DNA of 64,000 nt from the human T2T-CHM13v2.0 reference genome, Homo sapiens: the NCBI RefSeq assembly GCF_009914755.1, contig NC_060930.1; one strand, written 5' to 3'. Every line of letters starts with the position of its first letter. The first letter of the stretch is position 1. Positions 30,612-44,645 of the stretch are shown one piece after another. Below the pieces are notes generated by a model. It did not search any database. It worked only from the letters and a program-made list of their open reading frames with translations, and was not told the origin of the DNA. The translations under genes were made by a program, and so were the position numbers.

Positions 30612-32107
30612 ACCAAGCAGCTACTTTCTAAAGCAATATTAATAATGCCAAGGGCAGGTATAAAGCTAAGCAGGTGCAGTCTTTACCATGTAGGAACTTC
30701 TATCCCTGCCCCACCCCAAAGAGCAGAGTGGGGGTTTGCTGGAGGGGCTTCCAGCTTTGACTGGAATGGCAATAAGTCCTTCTGGACATCAGTGCTTGCT
30801 CTCTCTCCACCCCAGATGCTCCCACACCCTTCCAACAGAACTCTTGGGGTCACTAACCTGCTATAGAAATTGTGGAAACATCATTTCCCAAATCACATTT
30901 TTAAATTAAATTAATGAATAGAATTTTCTCAAGTCTTCATTTTCCTTACACTTTTGGCACCTGTTACTGCTTGTCTGGTGACACGTGCTAGCAGATGACA
31001 AAATGAATTAACTAGTGGTATATTAACATTAGCAGAAAAATGGAGAAACAGTTGATCCTGTTTAGCTCAACAGCGAGGAGTTATTTTTTGGCCTGGGTGT
31101 TCACAGTTGTAATTTTACAGTACAATATATATTTAAGCAGTCCTACTTTCTGTTTGTAAGATCAAGTCTACTTTTTGTGGTGAAATAAAATATATTAGCA
31201 TCTCATAGTGTTCCTCAGTAGCATCAACAACACCCTCTACCACCTACACAGCTTTGAGGATTCCTGAACTAACTCTGTCTTGGTTGGACTCCACACATGT
31301 CTACCCCACCCAAGTATCTCAGAGGAGTTTTCCCACCTTACACTGTGAGCTCTTTGAAGGCTCAGGTTGTCTCTTGTTTATTTTTGTATACTCAGTGGCA
31401 CCATCAGTTAGGGATTCATAGTTACAGTAAGTGTATAATAAACTTTGCTGAATTTAAACTGATCCCAGTGTAAGTAAGTGAACTAAGCTCTGAACTTGTC
31501 TTTCCTTCCCATCCCATCCATCAACGGAGGGCTGCCCTGAGTCACATGTTTGAACAGAGCCTGCTTGTGAGCCACTTCTCCTTTTATCTAAACAACATAA
31601 AATGTTAAAGAAAAGGCAATCTGGCTTAAAGAGCTGTTTTTTGTTTGTTTGTTTGTTTGTTTGTATGTTTGCTTTTGTAGTGAGAATATGATTGCATGTT
31701 AAACCTACAGATGTTTTAACTCAGTTCACTTCCTATTTATTAGTGTTTCTAAATACAGATATACTCTCATCAGGTAAACCCGTTGAGTTAAACTTTGCAG
31801 GACCCAACAGCAAAAGTTTCTAAGTAAAGCAATATTCTTCTCTGCTGAGTTTTTAAGTAAAATGCTAAGTGAAAAGAACTAAAATTAGGAGTTTAATTTA
31901 ATATTTCAGTAATTATACATTTTCAATGTCTCCTTTTAGCTTCAGCACAAATTCAACCTAATCTCTGTTTATCATTATCCAGCTGATATAAATGTGCTGC
32001 AAAATCTGTAATCATCAAGAACAATGTGATTATTTCCACTGCCCACTGCTTTTAAAAATCAATTTTATGCATTGGGAACAGGATTGGTTTTCAGCTAAGC
32101 CTTTGTC

Positions 32108-32214
32108 AAGAGAGAAAGAAAAGGAAGGAAAGAAAAAGGAAGGAAGGGAGGAAAGAAGAAAGAAAGGAAGGGAGGGAGGCAGGGAGGGAAGGAGGGAGGG
32201 AGGGAGGGAGGGAG
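32108..32214. repeat. GA-rich (GGAA/GGGA)n microsatellite
   Basis: Seen directly. Confidence 0.92.
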
Positions 32215-33145
32215 ATAGTAAGATAAATAACAAGAATCCCCCAATTCCTTGAAAATTCTACTTAACTGAATTTTATTGCACATGGAAATCTTTTTTTTTT
32301 TTTGAAGAAATAAAAAATGAAATAATTACATTCTTGGCAAAAGATCTGCCGGGTAATTCCTTTTAGATGGCAATTTCTCTGCTGAATTTAAAATGCAATT
32401 TGATTTACAAAAGTATGATTTTTCAAGCGGTGGAAATCTGTCTGTTGTGTGGAGCACACCCAGCTGGTTTACTTTCTGTGCCTGGAGACCCCACTGTGCG
32501 TCTTCCAAAGGTACATTTGCAGCCAAAGAACAGCTTAAATCCTGGGAAAATCTGCCTCAATAACGTTTTTTTGGAGAAAGAGGCAAGATATTTTTTTCTC
32601 CCTGCATTTGGATTTGGCCAATATCTCATTTTAAACAGCCTATTCTCAAAAGCATTACGACATAGGAAGAAGGAGGAGTGCCATCAGCAAACCGAAACAA
32701 ACATGGGTCCACTAGTGTGCCCAGGGCTTCCTGCCAGGCCAGCCCATCCAGATACAGGCACCCCTCCTCTTGGTGTCCCTAGACAGGCAAGGCTGACCAG
32801 CTACAGCTGGCTGCATGCACCTTGGGAGCCACAGATTGCGTTTGTTGATAAGTAAACACATTATTGCTTATCAGATGCGCATTCTTTTCCAATGTGCAAA
32901 ATATTCCCGTATGGCATGCAAAAGCTTATTTTGGAAGTATCCCCAAACAGCTTTGAGTAGGAATTCCCAGTGAGCAGATTCCCTCATTATTATACCCAAT
33001 CATCCTTTCAATCTCTCTTAGACATTGCTTGTAACTGACTCCTTTATGATTGCATTGCTTTCTTTCTTGCTACAACAAATGCAGAGATCTGGTTTAAGAC
33101 TAAATCTCAGGTTCAAACACTCAGAAGGAAGATTTCCTCTAGCTC

Positions 33146-33331
33146 AGTGATGATCAAACTAGCAGGCATAAAAATCATCAGGAAAGCTTGTTAAAACACA
33201 GATAGCTGAGCCCCACCCCCACAGCTTCTGATTTGGTTGATCTGGTATGGGGCCCCGGAATTTGCCTCACTCGCAAGTCCTCAGGTAATGTTGATGCTAC
33301 TGGTCTGGAGACCACACTTTGAGAACTACTG
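33146..33331. mobile_element. MER5A (hAT-Charlie) MITE
   Basis: CTTGTTAAAACACAGAT...CCCCACCCCCA...TCTGATT...GACCACACTTTGAGAACTACTG. Confidence 0.88.
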
Positions 33332-34524
33332 TTCTAAACAAATTGGCTGTCATGCTGAGTGCAAAAACTCAGCAGGTGTGCACAGAAAAAGCTGGCTTTA
33401 ATGCACCAGCCCAGGCACTCTTAAACTCAGACGAAGAGAAAGAGAGTGGACTGTTCCCTTTCCAGCAAAGAGTAGGAAATGACAGCTCCCACGAATCCAG
33501 GAAAGATGGATGGAGAACCTAGTGGAAGGAGGGGCCCCTGGAGGAGCTGGGAAGGCCATGTCTGAGCATTGTTGCCAGTGGGCTCCAGTGTATTAGGTAC
33601 CACACAGACTGGAAAAGAGAACTCCGAGAAACTTCGGTAATGGTTATTAGAAGAGTAAGGAGCTGGTTTTCCAAACACAAGTTATGGAGCATTTTTTCCA
33701 AATTACATTACACAAGTCAATCATAATCTTGTATTTCAAACATTTTCAAATAAATTTGAATTTCTGGATCATAACTAAATTACATCATCTAGTTCATATC
33801 TTGAGGCCTATAGATTCTAACTAGTCTAAGAGGCAGTCTGTTAATCAAAGGGATAAAATCTAGTTATAAAATAGCATTTGCATAATAGATCTAAGCACCA
33901 AAAGAGGATTGTCCAGGGGGCCCTTTTGAATATCAGAAGATATAAAAAATATTTTATATCTTTGGGGCCGATATATAAAGATTATCAGCCCTAAACACTA
34001 TCATGTATATAATATGCAACTTACAGATATGCATTATTACTCAGATGCAAGCCAGTCTAAGACAAGACACTCAACTATCTCCAGGTCTGAAGTATTCATT
34101 TATCACCACTTGGAGCCATTTAATTATTTATTAAGCGAGACCTGACTAAACAACACGAATAGAGCCCTGGCTGCCAGCCCAGTCCAAGTCCTCATTATTG
34201 CACTATGCCTGGATTAAAATCCTTTTCATTGATCTTAATGGGTCAAGATAGGCTCTACTTTAAAAAACCTTTTTATAACTCCTTAGCTTCATGATATGGC
34301 CACCCTTTACATTTCCAGTGTCCTCGCTCACTATCCACCCACCCAATGCCCAAGAATGCGACACCAATCAACCTAGAAACCCTATGCATTGCCTCTGATT
34401 AATATTCCTAAAACAATAGTGTTTTCATCTTATTGATAACTACCTTGCTCGAAAACATACAGTGACCCCTCACTGCCTACAGATTTAAGGTCAGCCCCTC
34501 TCTCTTTTTAAAAACAGAAATTCA

Positions 34525-34658
34525 ATTTCTTCAATTGTTATTGAGATGGGGTCTCATTGTATTGCCCAGGCTGGTCTCAAACTCCTGGGCTAAAGAGATC
34601 TTCCTGCCTTGGCCTCCCAAAGGGCTAGTATTATGGGTATGAGCCACCACACCCAACC
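34525..34658 (-). mobile_element. FLAM_C monomer
   Basis: Single reverse left arm. Confidence 0.87.
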
Positions 34659-35040
34659 CAAGCGCCTCTCTTTTTATTGAAAAGAGTTCACTGTTTAACC
34701 TAACTCACCTTATTTCAATAACTCCCTAAATAAGCACTTGACTCCAGAACATCAGTTTCACACACAAGTGTGTGCATGTGCTCACACCCACATGCCATCT
34801 CAGTCTGAGCTTCTCTGTAAGACAACACATGGCTATTTCTCAGGGTCTATCTGACTTCCTAGAGCTGCGCTACCTAAAGAGTAGTCTGCAGAAGAGTACT
34901 AGGCCATGCACTGTCATGGTTTTTACACTTTCAAAAAGTTGTACAAGAATAAAAAATTGAATAATATGTAACAGAGAACATGTGTGGCCACACAACCAAA
35001 AGTATATCCTATGTGGCTTCCACTTTTACAGGAAATGTTT

Positions 35041-35643
<603 letters not shown>

Positions 35644-35843
35644 TCAGTAAAAGTTTGCTGGCTACATTCTAGAGCACTATGCCTTCATACTATCAAGAGT
35701 GCTTTATATTAATGTAAAGGTTTATACTATTATTTCATTTCCTATATGCCTTGCTTTCCTAATAAGACAATGCACATTTTTTGTGAGGGGAGATCAGAAG
35801 ACTTCAGATAGGGCAGAGCCTGCAGTACACATAGAATTAGCTG

Positions 35844-36190
35844 TAGTGTGGTCTGAATGTTTGTGCTCCTCAAAATTCATATGTTAAAATGTAATCCTCC
35901 ATGTAAGAGGAGGAGCCTTTTGGGAAGTGAAAAGGTCCTGAGGGCTTCACCCTCATGAATGGGTAAATTGCCTTAGAAAAGAGGCCTGAGGAAGCTTGTT
36001 TGCCCTTTTTGCCATTTAAAAACCCAGGGAAGGCACTGTCTGTGAAGAACGGGTCCTCACCAGACATGAAATCTGCTGGCACCCCGATACTTGACTTCCC
36101 AGCCTCCAGCCTGTGAGCAATAAGTTTCCATTGTTTATACATTACACAGTGTAAGGTATTTTGTTATCACAGTCCAAACGAACTAAGACG
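35844..36190 (+). mobile_element. MLT1A-type MaLR solo LTR
   Basis: CTGAATGTTTGTG...AAAATTCATATGTT, CCCTCATGAATGGG, CTCACCAGAC, GACTTCCCAGCCTCCAG; ends GAACTAAGAC. Confidence 0.88.
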
Positions 36191-36373
36191 GTAGGTATCA
36201 AAAAGTGTTGATTTAATTGAACTGGCTCTGTTATCTTTATGTTCTCAAAAGCAAATTTCTCAGAATTTGGGTCTCTCACACACACCTCCCATTGTTTACT
36301 TTTGTCTGCTTAGTAACAATACAAGTTAGCTCTGCTTTACATTACTAAGAGCATTTTTTCAGTCTCACCAACT

Positions 36374-36667
36374 TTTTTTTTTCGAGATAGGGTCTTGCTT
36401 TGTTGCCCAGGCTGGAGTACAGTGGCACAATCTTGGCTCACTGCAGGCTCTGCTCTTGGGTTCAAAAGATTCTCATGCCTCAACCTCCCGAGTAGCAAGG
36501 ATTACAAGCATATGCCACCACACCTGGCTAATTTTTTTTGTATTTTTAGTAGAAACAGGGTTTCGTCATGTTGGCCAGGCTGGTCTCAAACCCCTGGCCT
36601 CAAATGATACACCCCCGTCAGCTTCCCAAACTGCTGGGATTACAGGCTTGAGCCACCGTGCCCAGCC
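36374..36667 (-). mobile_element. Alu SINE (J/S)
   Basis: Reverse dimer. Confidence 0.94.
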
Positions 36668-36754
36668 CTCATCAACTATTTAATGGAATGAACCTAAATA
36701 CCTGTATTTGGTGAACAAGAATATCTACAGACAGGAAGGTTTCCATAAGGGGCT

Positions 36755-37270
36755 TGTGGTAGGCAGACCCTAAGATGGTCTCCCCTGGTCTCTCCTGGTA
36801 TTCACCCCTTGGGCAGTCCATCCCCTTCAGTGTAGGCTGGACCTAGAAACTTGCTTCTAGAATATGGTAGAATTAATGGGGTGCCACTTCTCTGAGCAGG
36901 TTGTAGAATGTCTGCTGCTTCTGTCTCAGGGCTCTCCCTTGCTCTCTCTAGGATCTGGGGGAAGCCAGTTGTGCTTCTTAAGGCCTCCCTGTTGAGAGAC
37001 TCATGCCAGTGAACTTGGAAGCAGATCTCCTAAAGCCTCTCAACAGCTACAGAAATTAACTTGAAAGGAGATCCTCTAACCAGCTGAGGCTTGAGATGAC
37101 TGCAGCCCTGGCCAGGACCTCAGTCGCAGGCTGTGAGAGTCCTGGAGCCAAAATCACCCAGAGAAGCTACTCCTGGATTCCCAACACAGACCATTGAAAT
37201 AATAAATGTTTATTGCTTTAACCTCTAAGGTTTTGGGGGTGATTTGTTATAGTAGTAGATAATTAATACA
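36755..37270 (+). mobile_element. MLT1F-like MaLR solo LTR
   Basis: TGTGGTAGGCAGACCCTAAGATGG...GATTTGTTATAGTAGTAGATAATTAATACA; 5-bp flanks GGGCT/GAGCT resemble a TSD. Confidence 0.85.
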
Positions 37271-37983
37271 GAGCTATAATTTGTGGTTCAGACAAAAGGT
37301 TGTATATTTCCTGCTAAAAATCCATAAAAACCCAATTTCTAAAGTAATCCACTTGAAAATAATCATCGTGGACACTAGACTCCTTTCTGATAGAATTAAT
37401 AGTTAAGTAAGGTCATGCTTAGTCTCATAGGCAAATATCATAACTATAAAGTAGAATTAGGCTTTTAAGGATGGCCTGGATATGCCTGGAATTCTTGTCC
37501 TGGTAATTCAAAAATAGTTGCAGAAGAACTTTTCTATAGCTAACCTGAGATCAGGAGAAAACAACTGCTTAAATAGAGTTTGTCTGGTTTCTCATGCTAC
37601 TGTCTAAGAAACAGCTTGACAACAGACTTTTCAGCCCAGGAGGGAACTAATACTTCCCTGGGGAACAATTTCCCTGAAATACCATATAGTTCACACACGT
37701 GCATGTGCGCGCGCACACACACACACACACACGCTTATACCCAACATTAAATCAGAAACGACCAAAAAACTGCTTTTGACTCCTAAGGGCTGAGTGTGTC
37801 CAGGAAGCCTTGATTCAAGGGAGTCCTCCTCTATTTCCCATTAGCCTCTCTAATCAGGAGGTACTTTTTCAGGCAGCAGACCTAATTATCTGCTATTGTC
37901 ATAGAGAAAAGACAGAATCCAGACTTGGAACTCACCACAATTTTGTACCCAGAATGTCATCATCAAATAATACTAAAGTTTCA

Positions 37984-38297
37984 GGCTGAGCATGGTGGCT
38001 CATGACTGTAATCTTAGCACTTTCGGAGGCTGAGGTGGGAGGACTGCTTGAGGCCAGGAGTTTGAGATCAGCCTGGGCAAAATAATGAGACCTACAAAAA
38101 AAATTTCAAAATGAGCTGGGCATGGGTGTCATGCGCCTGTAGTCCCAGCTACTCAGGAGGCTAAGGCGGGAGTATTGCTTGAGCCAGGGAGGTCAAGGCT
38201 GTAATGAGCCATGATTGCACCACTGCACTCCAGCCTAGATGACAGAGTGAGAACCTGTCTCAAGAAATAAATTAAATAAATAAATAAATAAATAAAG
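37984..38297 (+). mobile_element. AluJ SINE
   Basis: Dimer, (TAAA)n tail; TSD AAAGTTTCA. Confidence 0.94.
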
Positions 38298-38671
38298 TTT
38301 CAAAGCAGATATTCTTTTTATTTGAGGGCATGGACTCTCTGGATTTTATGCCTCTGAATTCTCATATTCTCACTTTGGGGCCTGCTAGAATGGTTTACCC
38401 TAGAAATAAGTTCAGACAAAATTGTGATGGAGCTGGAGGTAAGCTCCAAGAACATGGGCTTTGGAGCCAGACTGAGCTGTGGTGAAGATTAAACTATATA
38501 ATGTGTTTCATGCCAATGGCCAAGCTAGCAGACACCAAAAAGATGCTGAACCAGTGTTGGTTACACCACCATTCCCTTCAGTGAGGTGGCTGCTTCATCC
38601 TCCTCCCTCTTCCCTCCGCCAGTCACCACCACCCTGGTTCTAGTCCTCTTGCTCTTTGCTTTCTATGCTCA

Positions 38672-39039
<368 letters not shown>

Positions 39040-39139
39040 CTATGCTTTTCCCAAACACATTTATGCATTAACAAGTATTAATGAGACTTTTTGTCCCAGA
39101 TACTGTGAGACATTTATGTGTCCTGATGCCATCTGTAAG

Positions 39140-39310
39140 CTCTAGAGTCAGACTGCCACTACTCAAATGCCACCTGTTCCACTTACTACCGTGTGACTGG
39201 GGCAAAGGACTTAGCACCTCGACATTTACAGCTTCCTCATTAGTAAAATAAAAACATCTAAGCATGTGGCAAAGATAAAATGAGAAAATCTAGGTAACAT
39301 TCTTAGAAAA
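39140..39310 (+). mobile_element. MIR SINE relic
   Basis: CTCTAGAGTCAGACTGCC...CCACTTACTACCGTGTGACTGGGGCAAAG...TTCCTCATTAGTAAAAT. Confidence 0.8.
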
Positions 39311-39442
39311 GCTCTAAAGTATAGACATTGGCATGTAAGCCACTTGAACACAGAGACTGCCACGCTTTTGGCTGTGCCTTACAACCTGGAACCGGGCCCA
39401 ATATGAAGTACAGGTTCAAATACTTGTTGAATAAATGAATGA

Positions 39443-39620
39443 GGCCAGGTGCAATGGCTCACACTTAAAATCCTGGTGCTTTGGGAGGCCAAGGCAGGAG
39501 GATCACTGGAGCCCAGGAGTTCAAGGCTGTGGTGAGCTACCACTGCACCACTGCACTCCAGCCTAGGCAACAAAGGGAGTCACTGTTTCGCTGTTTCTAA
39601 AAAAATAAAAAATAAAAATA
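39443..39620 (+). mobile_element. Alu monomer (FRAM/FAM-like)
   Basis: Single arm with A tail; TSD AATAAATGAATGAG. Confidence 0.88.
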
Positions 39621-39669
39621 AATGAATGAGTATGTTATATGCATATAGAAACTAAAATATTTATTAGGC

Positions 39670-39811
39670 TTTTTTTTTTTTTTTTTTTTTGTAGAGACGG
39701 GATTTCACCATGTCGCCCAGGCTGTTTGTTCTCAAAATCCTGGCTCAAGCAATCCTCCCACCTCAATCTCCCGAAGTGCTGGGATTACAAGCATGAGCCA
39801 CTGTGCCTGGC
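39670..39811 (-). mobile_element. FLAM monomer
   Basis: Reverse left arm; TSD TATTAGGCTTTTT. Confidence 0.88.
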
Positions 39812-40128
39812 AATGTATTAGGCTTTTTATTACAAAGATATACAAATAAGAACACAGATTATCTACTTGTCTTTTTTTAATTAAAAAAAAAAAAAAAAAA
39901 ACTCATGGGAGCACCTAAATGTAAAGTAAATATTAACAGAACTGAAAGAAGAGATAGCATTACAGTAATAGTAGTAGACTTTAATACCTGACTTTCAACA
40001 ATAGGTAGATGATACAGGCAGAAAATCAATGAGGAAACAGCAGACTTGAATATTACAGACCAAATGGACCTAACAGACATGTATAGAACATTCCATCTAA
40101 CAAATCTAACAGTAGCAGAATACACGTT

Positions 40129-40448
40129 CTTTTTTTTTTTTTTTTTTTTTTGAGACAGGGTCTCACTCTGTCACCCAGGCTGAAGTGCAGTAGCAGATCT
40201 TGGCTCACTGCAGCCTTGACCTCCTGGGCTCAAACAATCTTCCCACCGCAATCCCTGAAGCAGCTGGGACTACAGGCACACATCACCATGCCCAGCTAAT
40301 TTTTTTATTTTTATTTTTTTGTGGAGATGGGGTTTCACCATAGTTCCCAAGCTGATCTCCAACTCCCAAGCTCAAGCAATCTGCCCTCCTTGTCCTCCCA
40401 AAGTGCTGGGATTACAGGCATTACAGGCATGAGCCACTGCTACTGGCC
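40129..40448 (-). mobile_element. AluJ inside the L1
   Basis: Reverse dimer; TSD AGAATACAC. Confidence 0.94.
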
Positions 40449-42017
40449 TAGAATACACATTTTTTTTAAGTGCACATAGAACATTTTCCAGTAGAGATCA
40501 TATGCTTGGCTTCAAAACAAATGTTAACAAATTTAAGAAAATTGAAATCATATCAAGTATCTTTTCTGCCCACAGCGCACAATGGTATGGAACTAGAAAT
40601 TAATAACAGAAGGAAACTTGAAAAATTCACAAATATGTGGAAATTAAACAGCGCACTCATGAACAACCAGTGGATCAAAGAAGAAATCAAAAGGAAGCAA
40701 GAAAAAGAAGAAAGCAAGAGATATCTTGAGACAAATAAATGGAAACACAACATGCCAAAATTTATGGAATTCAGCAAAAGCAGTTCTAAGATGGAAGTTT
40801 ATGGTGATAAAGGCTTACGTTAAGAAAAAAATGGTTTCAAATAAACAATCTAACTTGACAACTCAAGGAACTAGAAAAAGAAGAATGAACTAAACCCAAA
40901 GTTAACAGAAGGAAGGAGATAAAAAGACCAGAACAGACAGAACAGAATAGAGAGCTCAGTATTTATGGTCAGTTAATTCTTGACAAAGGTGCCAAGAACT
41001 CACAATAGGGAAAGGATAGTCTCTTCAATAAATGGTGCTGGGAAAATTGTGTATCCACATGCAGAAGAGTAAAACTGAATCCTTATCTCATACCATATAC
41101 AAAAATCAACTCAAAATAGATTAAAGACTAAACATAAGACCTGAAACTGTAAAACTACCAGACAAAAACATGCAGGAAAATCTTCTTGACATTGGTCTGG
41201 GCAATGATTTTTTTGGCTATAGCCCCCAAAATTCAGGCAACAGAAAAAAAAATAGACAAATGTGATTGCATCAAACTAAAACCTTCTCCACAGCAAGGGA
41301 AACCATCAACAGAATGGAGAGACAACCTATGGAATGGGAAAAAGTATTTGCAGAGGATACATCTGGTGAAGGGTCAATATCTGAAATATATAAGGAACTC
41401 AAGCAATTTGATAGCAAAAAAAAAAAAAAAACCAAATAACCCAATTTTTAACTGGGCAAACGATCTGAATAGGTATTTCTCAAAAGAAGACATACAAATA
41501 GCAAACAAATATGTGGAGAAATGCTCAGCATCACCAATCATCAAGGAAATGCAAATTAAAACCACAATGAGATATCTATACTTCACACCTGTTAGAATGG
41601 CTGTTATCAAAAAGACAAAAGATATCAAGTGTTGGTAAGCATGTGGAAAAAAAGAAAACCCTTGTACACCTTTGGCAGGAATATAAATTGGTACAGCCGC
41701 TACAGAAAATAGTATGAAGTTTCCTTAACACATTGAAAATAACGCTACCATATAATCCAGCAATTCCACTTAGGAATATGTATCGAAAGAAAGCTAAATT
41801 AGTATTTCAAGGAGATATGTACACTCCCATGTTCATTGCAGCATTATTCACAATAGATAAGATATGCAATTAACCCAAGTGTTTACCAATTAATAAATAA
41901 AGTGTGTGCATGTATGTGTGTAGTGAAATCTTATCCACCTTAAAAAAGAAGGAAATCCTGTTATTTGCAACAATGTGGATGAACCCGGAAGACATTATGC
42001 TAAGTGAAATAAGCTAG

Positions 42018-42471
<454 letters not shown>

Positions 42472-42813
42472 TCAGTTATGCAGGATGAGTAAGTTCTGGA
42501 GATCTAATACGAAGTATGGTGACTATCGTTGTATTACTATATAGTTGTATTGCTATAGTTGTAATACTATATTGTATACTTAAGATTGCTAAGAGTGTAC
42601 ATATTAAATGTTTTCAGCACACATTCAAAAAGCTATGTGAGCTGATGGATATGTTACTTAGGTAATCATTTCACAATGTGCATGTATATTGAAATGTCAT
42701 GTTGCACATCTTAAATATACACGGTTTTTATTTGTCCATTATACCTTAATAAAGCTGGCAAAAAAGGCCTCATTCAAAGACCTCATTCATAAAGTTTAAA
42801 AATTCAACTTATT

Positions 42814-43107
42814 AGCCTGGCACAGTGGCTCATACCTGTAATCCCAGCACTTTGGGAGGCGGAGGCGGGCAGATCACTCGAGGACAGGAGTTTGAAATCA
42901 GCCTGGCCAAAACGGCAAAACCCTTTCTCTACTAAAAATACAAAAATTAGCCAGGTGTGGTGGCACACCTGGAATCCCAGCTACTCAGGAGGCCGAGGCA
43001 GAGAATCACTTGAACCTGAGAGGCGAAGGCTGCAGTGAGCCAAGATCACACCACTGCACTTCAGCCTGGGTGACAGAGCGAGACTCCACCTCAAAAAAAA
43101 AAAAAAA
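42814..43107 (+). mobile_element. AluS SINE
   Basis: Dimer; TSD AAAAATTCAACTTATTA. Confidence 0.95.
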
Positions 43108-43423
43108 TTCAACTTATTACACTTTAATTTTAGTGCATTTAGTAAGTTGAACCTAAGAAAAATGACAAAATGAGAAATAAAAGCCAGCCATTTCATTTTC
43201 TCTAGAACTTTTCCCCCAAAGGAAGCCACGGCTTCTCATGTTTCCTGCCAAAGAAACAAAAAACTCTATGCATGTATTATAAACAGCCAATGAGATGTAA
43301 AGACAATGAATGTAAGCCCGAATTTAAAATTTCAAAAGTCAGAGAGCACAGAAGAAGCAGAGGGAGATCTGGGAGGAGAAGACTTTAGGATCTTCCACAG
43401 TCCGTGACATCAGACTGTGTTGA

Positions 43424-43995
<572 letters not shown>

Positions 43996-44089
43996 TATTT
44001 CCTGAAATAAACAAGGAAATTGTTTGATTCCTGGTCTGCCTTGGGATCTTTGTGATATACCTAAAATGCCTCTGTGATTCATTACCCTT

Positions 44090-44645
44090 GTAATCATCAA
44101 ATAAGACTTCACTCAGTTGCAAGTGAGAGAAATGCTACTGCAAGAGACATAGGAAATAAGACAACTTTTGGTTCACGTAACTCAGAAGTCCAGGGAAAAT
44201 GAATGTCTGGATCCATGTTCTGTGATAGTTTCATTAAGAATTGCCTTCATCCTCAGCTCTGATAGACGTGGGGCTTTATTTTATAGCAGTACCATCTTTG
44301 TGGTAGTAAGATTGTTCTCACAGGTTTTAGGCTTATGGCCTGCTGGCTTAGCAACCAGCAAGAAGGTTGTCTCTTATCCCAATTATAGCACCAAGTAGCT
44401 TAGAGCAGACATACTGGATATCTTGGATCACATAACCATTGCTAGAATAATCACTACAACCAGGAAGATGGACAACACACAATGCCCCCACCTGAAAAAT
44501 AGGCCCTTACTGACACTAGAAAGTGAAATTTGCTCTATGTGAACAACACCATTTAGGACAAGGGTGACTATCCAAAGAATAATCAGGATGTGGCTAGCAG
44601 AAGAAAGAAGAATGTAAACACGGAAGCCAAAACAGGACATTTATA
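44090..44645 (-). mobile_element. MLT1J/K-like old MaLR LTR
   Basis: CAGTTGCAAGTGAGAGAAA...TTGGTTCACGTAACTCAGAAGTCCAG resembles the reverse MLT1J/K 3' end. Confidence 0.6.

Noticed and set aside
32367-32855. 162-aa non-repeat ORF
   Set aside because: No recognisable domain, promoter or exon support; an ORF of this length is plausible by chance in 64 kb
40470-41638. ORFs with real protein similarity
   Set aside because: Frameshifted L1 ORF2 remnants with the RT region deleted; not a gene
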